A stretch of 64,000 nucleotides of DNA from Terriglobia bacterium (GTDB lineage Bacteria > Acidobacteriota > Terriglobia > 2-12-FULL-54-10), in the NCBI GenBank assembly GCA_963666975.2, contig CAXVYR010000004.1, positions 1,216,001-1,280,000 of the forward strand, given 5' to 3'. Numbering within the stretch: position 1 is the stretch's first letter; every line of letters starts with the position of its first letter. Under the pieces are notes generated by a model, which saw only the letters and a list, made by a program, of their open reading frames with translations, was not told where the DNA came from and ran no database searches. This document shows positions 1 to 9,696 of the stretch, in pieces. The translations under genes were made by a program, and so were the position numbers.

Positions 1-58
1 GCTTGGCCACCTGCGTCAATTTGGCGATATTCAATTCTTTTAATTCTGCTAAATCCAT
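1..58 (-). CDS. rho: Transcription termination factor Rho, N-terminus (gene continues off the window edge)
   Basis: Minus strand from ATG at 58 reads MDLAELKELNIAKLTQVAK, resembling the Rho N-terminal helical domain; GGAG SD just upstream. Only 19 codons are visible. Confidence 0.7.
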   Translation of the reverse strand, partial: MDLAELKELNIAKLTQVAK

Positions 59-536
59 ACCAACTCCCGGACATCTTCTTGGATTCGTGTAAGGGACTAA
101 GCGTGGAAAGCAAAGAAGAGCCGCTCTCCGCTCATTCGCGCTGCTGGCGCGCAGCCGAACGTAGCAGGCCAGCGTCCCCCTTTCCCCTACTTTCGTTCCA
201 GCAATTTCACCGCTGCCCCGGTTGCGAGCCCAAGCAGGCGATGAGGCCTCGAAACCATCGCTCCCTTATTTGGCTCCCACTCATCTGGCTCCCAGCAATT
301 TGGCGTTTTCTTCCCTTCCTCAGCAGAGAGAAGAAACCGGGGCGGACAACGTTCCTCTTTTCAGCTTCATGGATAATCAGGATAGAATAATCACGTCGCG
401 GGAAATGATCTGCGGGAATCCACCGGAATGTAACCCCCCGCAGAAAAAATTATCGCCAGGGGATGAAATCAGCCTCCTTCCGAATCGGGTCGGAAAGAAT
501 ATTCTAAGACTCAAAGGAGGGAAATGCTCGCCTTTC

Positions 537-2960
537 TCATTGCGTCAGCGACCCCTGCCCAGAAATGTCCTTGGGTTGAAAGTCGGCGGCCATGGGCGCA
601 TCCGGCGCCAGTGGCTGCAGGGGCCGTTCCAAAGCAATCTGCAACACCTCATCCATGGTCTCGACAAAATGAAGCTTTAAGTTTTGCTGAATGATGTCGG
701 GAATATCCGCCATGTCTTTTTCGTTGTCTTTTGGCATAATGACCGTGCGAATTTCTGCACGGTGAGCCGCCAGCAACTTCTCCTTCAATCCGCCAATCGG
801 GAGAACCTTTCCGCGGAGGGTAATCTCGCCCGTCATAGCGACATCCCGCCGCACGGGGATTTTGGTCAGGGCGCTGGCCAGAGTCGTAGCCATGGTAATT
901 CCCGCCGAGGGGCCGTCTTTGGGGATGGCGCCTTCCGGGACGTGAATATGCACGTCCAACCGGCGGTAGAAATCCCGGTCCAGTCCCAGCAGGTGGCTCC
1001 TGGAACGCACATAACTCATGGCGGCCTGGGCTGACTCCTGCATCACGTCGCCCAATTTTCCCGTTAAAGTAAGCCTTCCCTTGCCATCCATCAAAGTGGC
1101 TTCGGTCGACAGAATCTGGCCGCCAACTTCCGTCCAGGCCAAGCCGACTGCCAGCCCCACCTCATTATTTTTCTCAGTCAACGTATCCCGGAACTTGACG
1201 ACCCCCAGGTAATCCCCCAGGTTATCCGGAACAACGGAAACCTCCAGGTCGCGGCCTTCCTTGACGACCTTGCGGGCCACCTTCCGGCAGACGTTCGCGA
1301 TCTCCCGCTCCAGGTTGCGGACCCCGGCTTCCCGTGTATACGACTGGATGATGGCGGCGAGCGCCTCATCGGAAAAGCTGACGTTGTTTTCGGTCAAGCC
1401 TGTGGCCTTCTGCTGCTTTTTCACCAGGAAGCGTTTGGCGATCTCAACTTTTTCAAGCTCCGTGTAGCCGGACAGGCGCAGCACCTCCATCCGGTCCTGC
1501 AAGGCCGGGGGGACGGTGTGCATCACGTTGGCCGTGCAGATAAAGAAGACCTGCGACAGGTCGTACTCCACATCCAGATAATGGTCCATGAACATAAAAT
1601 TCTGTTCCGGATCCAAAACTTCCAGCAAGGCGGCCGAGGGGTCGCCGCGAAAATCCATGCTCATCTTCTCCACTTCATCCAGCATGAACACGGGGTTCTT
1701 GGTCCCTGCCTTTTTCATCATCTGGAGAATTTGTCCGGGAAGCGCGCCGATGTAGGTGCGCCGGTGGCCGCGGATTTCCGCCTCATCGCGAACGCCCCCC
1801 AGCGAGAGCCGCACGAACTTGCGTCCGGTAGCGCGGGCAATGGACATCCCGAGCGAGGTTTTCCCCACTCCGGGAGGACCGACGAAACAGAGAATGGAGC
1901 CTTTGGGATCTTTGACCAGGCGGCGCACCGCCAGAAACTCAAGAATCCTCTCCTTGATCTTTTCCAGGCCGTAGTGATCCTCTGAGAGAATCTTTTCGGC
2001 CCTTTCCATATCTTTGATCTCTTTGGTCTTCTTTTTCCAGGGAACCGCCAGCAGCCAATCGAGATAGTTGCGGGATACGGTGGATTCGGCCGACATGGGC
2101 GGCATCATTTCCAGCCGCTTCAACTCCTGGGAAGCTTTTTCTTTCGCTTCCTTGGGCATTCCGGCCGTTTCGATCTTTCTCTTCAATTCATCGAGTTCGC
2201 TCTTTTCGCCCCGGCCCAGCTCCTTTTGGATCGCCTTCATCTTTTCGTTCAAGTAGTATTCTTTTTGGGCGCGTTCCATTTGCCGCTTGACCCGGCCCTG
2301 GATGTTGCGGTCCACGTTCAATTTCTCGATCTCCAGCTCCAGGATGTTGGCGATCCGGTTCAGACGCTCCGTGGGATCGAAGATCTCCAGCAACTCCTGC
2401 TTCTCTTCCATGCTCAACTGCAGGTTGGCTGCAATGGTGTCGCTGAGCTTGGCGGCGTCATCCACCCGCGCAGCCGCAACCATCGTTTCATAGTTCAGGC
2501 TCTGGCTGAGCTTGACGTACTGCTCAAACAGCGCGGTGACGCGATTCACCAGGGCTTCCAGCGCGGGGCTCGTCTCCGCCTTGATTTGGACGGGGCGAAC
2601 CACAGCCCGGAAGAAACCATCCTCATCGCTCATGCTGAGAACCTTGCCCCGCTCCACTCCCTCGACCAGCACTTTGATGTTTCCGTCCGGCAACTTCAGG
2701 CTCTGAACGATGGTCACGATGGTGCCTACTTGATAGATATCGTTGGAACTGGGCTCATCAACGGAAGCATCGTGCTGGGTCGCCAGAAAGATCCTCTTGT
2801 CGCCCGCCATCGCCTCTTCCAGCGCTCGCACGGAGCTTTCCCGCCCGACCACAAACGGAGTCATCATGTAGGGGAAGATCACCACGTCCCGGATCGGGAG
2901 CATGGGCATTTTGCGGCTTTCGGTCTTTTCCTGGCTAATGAGCATTCTTCCTCTTTCCAT
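537..2960 (-). CDS. lon: ATP-dependent Lon protease
   Basis: LON N-domain, Walker [10 protein letters not shown], catalytic PKDGPSAG and GGLKEK; downstream of clpX. Confidence 0.98.
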   Translation of the reverse strand: MERGRMLISQEKTESRKMPMLPIRDVVIFPYMMTPFVVGRESSVRALEEAMAGDKRIFLATQHDASVDEPSSNDIYQVGTIVTIVQSLKLPDGNIKVLVEGVERGKVLSMSDEDGFFRAVVRPVQIKAETSPALEALVNRVTALFEQYVKLSQSLNYETMVAAARVDDAAKLSDTIAANLQLSMEEKQELLEIFDPTERLNRIANILELEIEKLNVDRNIQGRVKRQMERAQKEYYLNEKMKAIQKELGRGEKSELDELKRKIETAGMPKEAKEKASQELKRLEMMPPMSAESTVSRNYLDWLLAVPWKKKTKEIKDMERAEKILSEDHYGLEKIKERILEFLAVRRLVKDPKGSILCFVGPPGVGKTSLGMSIARATGRKFVRLSLGGVRDEAEIRGHRRTYIGALPGQILQMMKKAGTKNPVFMLDEVEKMSMDFRGDPSAALLEVLDPEQNFMFMDHYLDVEYDLSQVFFICTANVMHTVPPALQDRMEVLRLSGYTELEKVEIAKRFLVKKQQKATGLTENNVSFSDEALAAIIQSYTREAGVRNLEREIANVCRKVARKVVKEGRDLEVSVVPDNLGDYLGVVKFRDTLTEKNNEVGLAVGLAWTEVGGQILSTEATLMDGKGRLTLTGKLGDVMQESAQAAMSYVRSRSHLLGLDRDFYRRLDVHIHVPEGAIPKDGPSAGITMATTLASALTKIPVRRDVAMTGEITLRGKVLPIGGLKEKLLAAHRAEIRTVIMPKDNEKDMADIPDIIQQNLKLHFVETMDEVLQIALERPLQPLAPDAPMAADFQPKDISGQGSLTQ

Positions 2961-3005
2961 TTCCTGCCGGGCTGGCGTGGTCCGTATTCACGCCGTCCAG
3001 CTTTG

Positions 3006-4289
3006 CTATCCGGCCTTCTCTAAAAGTTTGATGCTGATTTCCTGGTCCTCGACCATTTCCGGAGTCACTAGGAAGTCTCTTGCCTTCCTCTGGGAAGGTA
3101 GATGGTACATCAAATCCAGCATCAAATCTTCCAAAATCATGCGAAGTCCGCGGGCGCCGACCTTCCGTTCCTGAGCCTTGGAAGCGATCATTTCCAGAGC
3201 CTTTTCGGCGAAACGCAGCCGCACATTCTCAAACTCAAACAGCATCTGGTACTGCTTTACCAGTGCATTTTTGGGAGTTGTGAGAATCTGCACCAGGGCC
3301 GCTTTGTCCAAATCCTCCAGGACGGCGATGGCGGGCAGGCGTCCCACAAACTCCGGAATCAACCCGTACCGGATCAGGTCCATCGGCTGGACCTGATCGA
3401 GCATGTCAATATCGCAACGCGAAGCTTCTCGCGCCGGGGCTTCCGCATGGAATCCGAGCGATTTTTTCCCGATCCGCTTGCGGATGGTTTTTTCCAATCC
3501 GACAAAGGCCCCGCCGCAAATGAACAAGATGTTGGTGGTATCCACCGGAGTGAATTCCTGATGAGGATGTTTCCGTCCTCCCTGCGGGGGAACGTTGGCC
3601 ACCGTCCCTTCCAAAATTTTCAGCAGGGCCTGCTGGACTCCCTCTCCGGAGACATCCCGCGTGATGGAAGGATTTTCATCCTTGCGGCAGATTTTATCGA
3701 CCTCATCCACGTAGATGATGCCCTGCTGGGCGCGCGCCACATCGCCTCCGGCGGCCTGCAGCAGCTTCAGGATGATGTTCTCCACATCCTCGCCGACGTA
3801 TCCGGCCTCGGTCAGCGTGGTAGCGTCCACGATCGCGAACGGCACCTCCAGGAGACGGGCCAGCGTCTGGGCCAGCAGCGTCTTGCCGGTTCCGGTGGGG
3901 CCGATCAGCAGGATGTTGCTCTTGGTCAATTCCACTTCAGGGTTCCGCTGACGGGACATCTGGATCCGCTTGTAATGGTTATAGACGGCTACCGCCAGCT
4001 TCTTTTTGGTCTTCTCTTGCCCGATGACGTACTGACCTAAAAATTCCTTTATTTCCTTGGGCTTGGGCAATAAGTGCAGGCCCGATGCAGGGGCAGCTGC
4101 GTGGTCATCTTCCAGGATGGAGTTGCAGACCGCCACGCACTCGTCGCAAATGTAAGCGCGAGGATAGTCACTAGGCGAGGAAATCAGCTTGCCCACCGTC
4201 TCCTGTTCCTTATGGCAAAAGGAGCACTTCAGGTTCTCGTCCGATGCGCCTCGTTTCACTTTTTGCCTTTCTCGCTGCCTTGTTTCCAA
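3006..4289 (-). CDS. clpX: ATP-dependent Clp protease ATP-binding subunit ClpX
   Basis: C4 zinc finger CSFC...[29 protein letters not shown]. Start codon uncertain. Confidence 0.98.
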   Translation of the reverse strand: METRQRERQKVKRGASDENLKCSFCHKEQETVGKLISSPSDYPRAYICDECVAVCNSILEDDHAAAPASGLHLLPKPKEIKEFLGQYVIGQEKTKKKLAVAVYNHYKRIQMSRQRNPEVELTKSNILLIGPTGTGKTLLAQTLARLLEVPFAIVDATTLTEAGYVGEDVENIILKLLQAAGGDVARAQQGIIYVDEVDKICRKDENPSITRDVSGEGVQQALLKILEGTVANVPPQGGRKHPHQEFTPVDTTNILFICGGAFVGLEKTIRKRIGKKSLGFHAEAPAREASRCDIDMLDQVQPMDLIRYGLIPEFVGRLPAIAVLEDLDKAALVQILTTPKNALVKQYQMLFEFENVRLRFAEKALEMIASKAQERKVGARGLRMILEDLMLDLMYHLPSQRKARDFLVTPEMVEDQEISIKLLEKAG

Positions 4290-4387
4290 ACGGCGGTTCG
4301 ACTCTCAGGGTTCGACTCTCAAAACGTCACTCGGAACAGGGCGCGATAATTTCTTTCCTGAAGATTTGTTTTCCGACGCTGATTCCC

Positions 4388-4975
4388 TTATTTGTGTTTG
4401 GAGATGATCTCATCAACAATCCCGTATTCTTTCGTCTGCTCTGCATTCATGATGAAATCGCGCTCCACATCCTTCTCAATCTTTTTCAAATCCTGGCCGG
4501 TATGTTTCGCCAGTAAGTTATTGGTAGCCTCCCGCATGCGCAGAATTTCCCGTGCTTGAATGTCGATGTCGGTGGCCTGCCCGGAAAGCCCGTCCATAGA
4601 AGGTTGGTGGATCAGCACACGCGCATTGGGAAGAGAAAAGCGCTTTTTGGGCGCCCCGGATGCCAGCAGCAGGGCCGCCATGCTGGCAGCCTGGCCAATG
4701 CAGATGGTGGAGACATCGGGACGAATAAATTCCATCGTATCATAAACAGCCATACCGGCTGTGATGGACCCTCCGGGACTGTTGATATAAAGGTATACAT
4801 CTTTCTCCGGGTCCTCGGCCTCCAGAAATAAGAGCTGCGCTGTAACCACGTTGGCAACGCTATCGTCAATGGGAGTGCCAATAAAGATGATGTTGTCGCG
4901 GAGAAGCCTGGAATAAATATCATAGGCCCTCTCCCCTCTATTGGATTGTTCTACCACCATTGGGATCAGTGCCAT
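4388..4975 (-). CDS. clpP: Clp protease proteolytic subunit ClpP
   Basis: [10 protein letters not shown] start, [19 protein letters not shown] motifs. Confidence 0.98.
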   Translation of the reverse strand: MALIPMVVEQSNRGERAYDIYSRLLRDNIIFIGTPIDDSVANVVTAQLLFLEAEDPEKDVYLYINSPGGSITAGMAVYDTMEFIRPDVSTICIGQAASMAALLLASGAPKKRFSLPNARVLIHQPSMDGLSGQATDIDIQAREILRMREATNNLLAKHTGQDLKKIEKDVERDFIMNAEQTKEYGIVDEIISKHK

Positions 4976-5071
4976 AACGAAACCACCCACCTCCCTTTCC
5001 ACTCTAGGAGCTTCCCGGCTCTCCGGCCTTCCCACTGAATGCTCGTCCGGGGCAAGATTTCACCTCGCCCA

Positions 5072-6355
5072 CTATGAAGCTGGTCTGCTGACCTTACGAA
5101 AGATAATCTCGAGAGCTTTCTCGATGCGGATCCTAGCTCTGATCTTATCCAGCGCCCCCTCCTTTGTCAAGCGAGACCGTATCATGGCCGCCGTCTGCTG
5201 GCTGGCTGCCGCGATTTTTCCTATCTCTTCTTCAATATCGGCTTCTTCGGCTACAATCTTTTTCTTTTCTGCAATTTTTTCCAAGATGAGAGCGCTTTTT
5301 ACCTCCTGCAGAGCGCTTTCCTGCTGGGAAGCACGCAGCTTCTTCCAGTCCATCTGCAGGCTTTTCAAATCAACGCCCTGCGCCGTCAGTTGGCGCCGCA
5401 GCCGCTCCACTCGCCTTTCCATTTGGCGTTCGACCATGCTCTCCGGAACGGGAAAGTCATGGAGTTCGACCAACTTCTGCCGGAGCTGGTTCTTGGCTTT
5501 CTGCTCCGCCTCCTCGCGCTTGGCCTTCCCCAATTCGTCCTGGACCCGCTGGCGGAGCGCATCCAGCGAGGCAAACTCGCCCATCTCGCGGGCGAAGTCG
5601 TCGTTCAACTCAGGCAGAATCTTTTTTTTCAACCCCAACACTTTCACCTTGTAGGCGACGGTTTTCCCGGCCAGACGCGGGTCGTTAAACTCCGGGGGAT
5701 AGGCAATCTCAAATCGACGTTCCTCGCCGAGTTGAGCGCCTTTCAGATTCTCCGTAAACTCTTTCATTGTGTTGGCGCCGCCGATCTCACACAACACTTC
5801 CTCGACCTTTACCGGCGTGGAGTCCCTGCCGGGAGAGATCCCCTCAAAACCGATGCTGGCAAAGTCGCCTTCCTGCAGGGGCCTGTCCTCCAAATTGACG
5901 TAGGTGGCAGCCTGTTCCCGCAAACGGTCGAGGTTTTTGACAACCTCTTCCTCGCTTACCTTCGACTCTTCCAGCGGTACAGACATGTCCTCGTAATTTT
6001 CCAACTGAAACTCAGGCAGAACCTCCACCGTCGCCTTGAACCGGAGGGCGGTGTCGTCGGCGAACTGCACATCGGTAACTGAAGGATATCCGACCGGCTC
6101 CCAATTCTGCTCTTGCGCCCGGACCCGGACATATTCGGGCACCAGTTCCTGCAACACCTCGGAGCGAATATCGTCCCGAAACTTCTGTTGAATGAGAGAA
6201 ACCGGAGCTTTCCCGGGCCGGAAGCCGGGCAGCCGAACGCGGCGCTGCAATTGAATGGCAACCGCATCCAACCGCTTCTTCACCACCTCTGGAGGGATTT
6301 CTATCTCCATTACCCGACGGCAGCTCTCTGACACGGGGAATTTGACCTCTTTCAA
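5072..6355 (-). CDS. tig: Trigger factor
   Basis: Ribosome-binding PGFRPGKAP motif, FKBP-like middle domain, tig-clpP-clpX-lon order. Confidence 0.95.
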   Translation of the reverse strand: MKEVKFPVSESCRRVMEIEIPPEVVKKRLDAVAIQLQRRVRLPGFRPGKAPVSLIQQKFRDDIRSEVLQELVPEYVRVRAQEQNWEPVGYPSVTDVQFADDTALRFKATVEVLPEFQLENYEDMSVPLEESKVSEEEVVKNLDRLREQAATYVNLEDRPLQEGDFASIGFEGISPGRDSTPVKVEEVLCEIGGANTMKEFTENLKGAQLGEERRFEIAYPPEFNDPRLAGKTVAYKVKVLGLKKKILPELNDDFAREMGEFASLDALRQRVQDELGKAKREEAEQKAKNQLRQKLVELHDFPVPESMVERQMERRVERLRRQLTAQGVDLKSLQMDWKKLRASQQESALQEVKSALILEKIAEKKKIVAEEADIEEEIGKIAAASQQTAAMIRSRLTKEGALDKIRARIRIEKALEIIFRKVSRPAS

Positions 6356-6659
6356 TGAATGGGGGTGTTGGGCGGCTTATGGGAACAGTTCCGTACCAAG
6401 CCCCTGGCACTGTCACTAGCTATTATACCGCGCTGCGATTGCCTAATGTGTGATTGCGGAGGAAACCGGCGACTGAGTAACCCCGAAGTAACCCCTAAGC
6501 CACCCTTGTTTAGTAACCACCGTTGCCGGATTTGCTGTGCGTTGCCGGAGCTGTCGTGGAATGCCCACTATAAGCAGCGCCTTTTCACAAAGTCAATCCT
6601 CATCCGCCGAATCGCTCTGCGAGCGGATTTTTGCCGCGAGCCTGCCGCCAGAAGCCAGC

Positions 6660-6959
6660 TTACTGGACAGCGAGCTGCGCTCCGGAACCGGGGTCCAGCT
6701 TAATCTCCCCAAAGGTCCTCTCGTAGTTGGAAACGTTCTGGCCCAGAATATTCAGCAGGGCCTTGGCTTGTTGCGGGCTCAGATAGACGCCCTGGAAGTT
6801 GACGATATTCATCTTATCGGGAGCCGTTTGCGACATGGTCCCGAACAGGAGAAGAAAATCCCAAACACTGACGCGGATCTGCACGCTGTTGGAGTACCCT
6901 TCGCGGTAGTCTCCGGTCTGTGTGATCTGAATTTGCGGTTGCTGCGATGGGGCAGTCAT
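6660..6959 (-). CDS. DUF3467-family small protein
   Basis: YSNSVQIRVSVWDFLLLFG...VYLSPQQAKAL pattern; GGAGG SD upstream. Confidence 0.75.
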   Translation of the reverse strand: MTAPSQQPQIQITQTGDYREGYSNSVQIRVSVWDFLLLFGTMSQTAPDKMNIVNFQGVYLSPQQAKALLNILGQNVSNYERTFGEIKLDPGSGAQLAVQ

Positions 6960-7040
6960 AATTCCTCCGCCGCAGGTGCGGCTGGCTCATCATCGCCCGA
7001 ACCGGAAGGCGAAGTCAATGCTCGCCGGACTGGAAAGAGC

Positions 7041-7136
7041 GTTCCGGTGCCTGATGGGGTTCCCTCAGGCACGCAGAACTTGGAAATCATCATCAGCGGC
7101 GTCCCGAGCAACACCGTCACCATCGCCGTGCAATAG
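7041..7136 (+). pseudogene. Orphan C-terminal fragment resembling the acidobacterial TIGR03437-type C-terminal domain
   Basis: VPVPDGVPSGTQNLEIIISGVPSNTVTIAVQ* with no credible upstream gene body. Confidence 0.5.
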
Positions 7137-7238
7137 TCTCTTTCACCCGTGCGGGCCCCGCTCCTGCGTTTCCCGAAAGGCCATGCTATAATGAGCAAAA
7201 TTTTCAGCGGTCAGCAGAATACGCTTTCGGTTCCAACC

Positions 7239-7952
7239 ATGAACCCGGACTTACAACTACTCGTTGAACTGCAAGAGCTGGACAGCGCCATAGGAGGCCT
7301 TTCGGCCGAGATGCAACGCCTGCCGAAGAAAATTGCGGAGATCGAAGGACAGCTTGCCGCCCATATCCAAAAAAGGGAGGCCGACCAGCAAGCCCTGGCG
7401 GGAAATCAACAGGCGCGCCGCAAGTGGGAAAACGAGATTGCCGCCCTGCGGGAGAAGATCAGCCGCTACCGGAACCAAACGCCGGACGTGAAAACGAACG
7501 AGCAGTACCGCGCGCTCCTCCATGAAATTGAATTCCATGAAACGGAGATCCGCAAGCTGGAGGATGAAATTCTTGCCGAGATGGTAGCGTCCGAGTCTTT
7601 GGAAAAAAGCTTGCAAGAGTCAGAGCAAAGTCTGGCCGAGGAGCGCTCTCGCGCCCAACGGGAAATCGCAACCGCCGAAAAGCAAAAACAGGAAGAGGAG
7701 AAAAAACTGAGCGAGGTCCAGGCCCGCCGGGAAACGGCACAACAACGGCTGTCAGCCGACGTTTACGCGCGCTACCAGCGGATTGCCGCCCTGCGCAAGG
7801 TGGCGGTCACCCCCGTATCCGATGGCGCCTGCCAGTCGTGCTACGTGCGGCTCCGCCCGCAGGCTTACAACGACGTCAAAACCAACCAGCAGATTCTCGT
7901 CTGCGAGAGCTGCGCCCGCATCCTGTATTATGCGCCGCCGCCGTCCGAGTAA
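7239..7952 (+). CDS. Coiled-coil protein with C-terminal C4 zinc ribbon (CT398/DUF164-like)
   Basis: LVELQELD start, long coiled coil, CQSC...CESCARILY; typical position upstream of RNase HI. Confidence 0.9.
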   Translation: MNPDLQLLVELQELDSAIGGLSAEMQRLPKKIAEIEGQLAAHIQKREADQQALAGNQQARRKWENEIAALREKISRYRNQTPDVKTNEQYRALLHEIEFHETEIRKLEDEILAEMVASESLEKSLQESEQSLAEERSRAQREIATAEKQKQEEEKKLSEVQARRETAQQRLSADVYARYQRIAALRKVAVTPVSDGACQSCYVRLRPQAYNDVKTNQQILVCESCARILYYAPPPSE

Positions 7953-7961
7953 AGCAGAGCC

Positions 7962-8531
7962 ATGTCCTCCCCATCCAAACCGCCCCTGCCCACCTCGTCA
8001 TCGGAACGGGTGGCCTACATTGACGGAGGCTCCCGGGGCAATCCCGGACCCGCCGGCTACGGCGTAGTCATTCAGGACTCGCAGGGCCGCACGATCGAGA
8101 CGCTGTCAAAGCGCCTGGGAAAAGCCACCAACAATGTCGCTGAATATCAGGCCCTGCTGGCTGCTTTGGAGTACGCCGGTCGGAAACAGCTCCAGCGGCT
8201 GAAAATCTACTGCGATTCCGAACTGGTCACAAAGCAGATGCAGGGACGCTACCGCGTGAAGAGCCCTGAGCTGAGCCCCCTATACGAGCGCGCACGGGAA
8301 TTGGCCAGCCAACTAGACCATTTTTCCATCCAGCATGTGCCCCGGGAGCAAAACCGACAGGCTGACCGGCTGGTCAACGAAGTTCTCGACCACGGGAAGT
8401 CCACTCCGCGCCTTCCGGTGCATTCTTTTTCGGCAGTAGTGGAAGCAGGAAAGCTCAGACCCTTGTCCCCTGCCCCGGAGCTGGAGGAGGGAATGGAATA
8501 CGAGGTTCGCGCGCGCAAGCGGATCAAGTAA
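7962..8531 (+). CDS. rnhA: Ribonuclease HI family protein with a short C-terminal extra domain
   Basis: YIDGGSRGNPGPAG, TNNVAEY, DSELV, HVPREQN..AD motifs. Confidence 0.93.
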   Translation: MSSPSKPPLPTSSSERVAYIDGGSRGNPGPAGYGVVIQDSQGRTIETLSKRLGKATNNVAEYQALLAALEYAGRKQLQRLKIYCDSELVTKQMQGRYRVKSPELSPLYERARELASQLDHFSIQHVPREQNRQADRLVNEVLDHGKSTPRLPVHSFSAVVEAGKLRPLSPAPELEEGMEYEVRARKRIK

Positions 8532-8807
8532 GGCGAGCCAGGACAGGCATTGCCGAATTCGGACTTTTCCTCTGCCAAATTTCTCTCAAACTTCGTCTTG
8601 GATTTTCGGGTGGAATGAATTAACATAGGTGTGTTTAATTGTACAATTTTGCCATGTTACCTTGCCCCCAGCTCGGAATGGCCTACCCTTCTCAAATCCC
8701 GAGAAATATCTTTATACACGAACATAACGGAAGCGGTATTGGTCACGAATCCGCCTTGGCTCCCTCGCGAGGCTCCGTCAAGGCTCCCTCGAAAGGATGA
8801 CATTCTC

Positions 8808-9578
8808 ATGGCTATTTACGCTTACTGCCTCCTTCGCCTGCCCGCAGAGGAGGACTGGCCCGTTATGCAAGGGATTGACGACCATCCGGTGTTCCCGCTC
8901 CGGTGCGGGAAGTACACGATGTTGCTGAGCCGTTTGGACCGCAATTACAGATTTACTCCCCGGTCCATCGTGCAGCACGGCCAGGTTATCGGCCGCGCCT
9001 TTGAAACGCACACCGTGCTGCCGATGCGTTTTGGCACCTCTTTCCAAACCGAAAAACAAATCGCTCAACTGATTCAGGAAAACCGGAGTGAACTGCTGGA
9101 AGCTTTCTGTCGGCTGCGTGGCAGGGCCGAGATGCGCTTGAAGTTGCTCCTGCCTCCGGACGTTCAGAACCCAGAAAGCCCGAAGAAATCTCTTCCGAAT
9201 TCCCGGGAGGCTGGAAAGCGCCGTCCGAACGGGAATGGAGCCGGGAAGCCAGCGGACGCTCCGATGGACGCAAGGAACCGCCTACTGGCCGAGCAACTAG
9301 CCGTCTGGGCACGCGGGATGTTTCATCCTCTGGAGCAGCAGGTTCGCTGTCGCATGAATCCGGGCAGCGAGTTGCTGGTGGATTGCGCCCACTTGATCGA
9401 GAACAAAAGAGTGGCCAGCTACCAAAAGTTACGTCGGAGCGCGGCAGAACAGGTGAAAGGTTGTGACCTCCGGATCAGTGGCCCGTGGCCGCCCTATCAC
9501 TTTCTGCCGACTTCCATTCGGATGCCTGCGGCCACTCCGCCCGTACTCAGAGCCCGGGCGGCGGTAGCCGCTCGGTAG
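8808..9578 (+). CDS. GvpL/GvpF-family protein (orphan)
   Basis: YAYC start, TVLPMRFGT and SGPWPPYHF motifs; AAGGA SD before ATG 8808. Confidence 0.85.
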   Translation: MAIYAYCLLRLPAEEDWPVMQGIDDHPVFPLRCGKYTMLLSRLDRNYRFTPRSIVQHGQVIGRAFETHTVLPMRFGTSFQTEKQIAQLIQENRSELLEAFCRLRGRAEMRLKLLLPPDVQNPESPKKSLPNSREAGKRRPNGNGAGKPADAPMDARNRLLAEQLAVWARGMFHPLEQQVRCRMNPGSELLVDCAHLIENKRVASYQKLRRSAAEQVKGCDLRISGPWPPYHFLPTSIRMPAATPPVLRARAAVAAR

Positions 9579-9696
9579 GAAGCTGCGGACGGAATTTCAC
9601 CTCAACCGGAGGCGGGAAAAATACAGCCGATTTCAAAGGTGCAAGTAACGGAATTGTATTCCGGAGTGTTCTTGGGTCGGAGGGATAACCTCCGGG

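Noticed and set aside
59-536. Long rho leader as a Rho-autoregulation (rut) region or small ORFs
   Set aside because: Much of the transcribed (minus) strand looks G-rich rather than C-rich, and the plus-strand ORFs have no coding signal. No function can be supported.
6400-6450. CIRCE or sigma54 site upstream of tig
   Set aside because: Only a partial TGGCAC match without the second half-site; a plain TATAAT on the minus strand explains the region.
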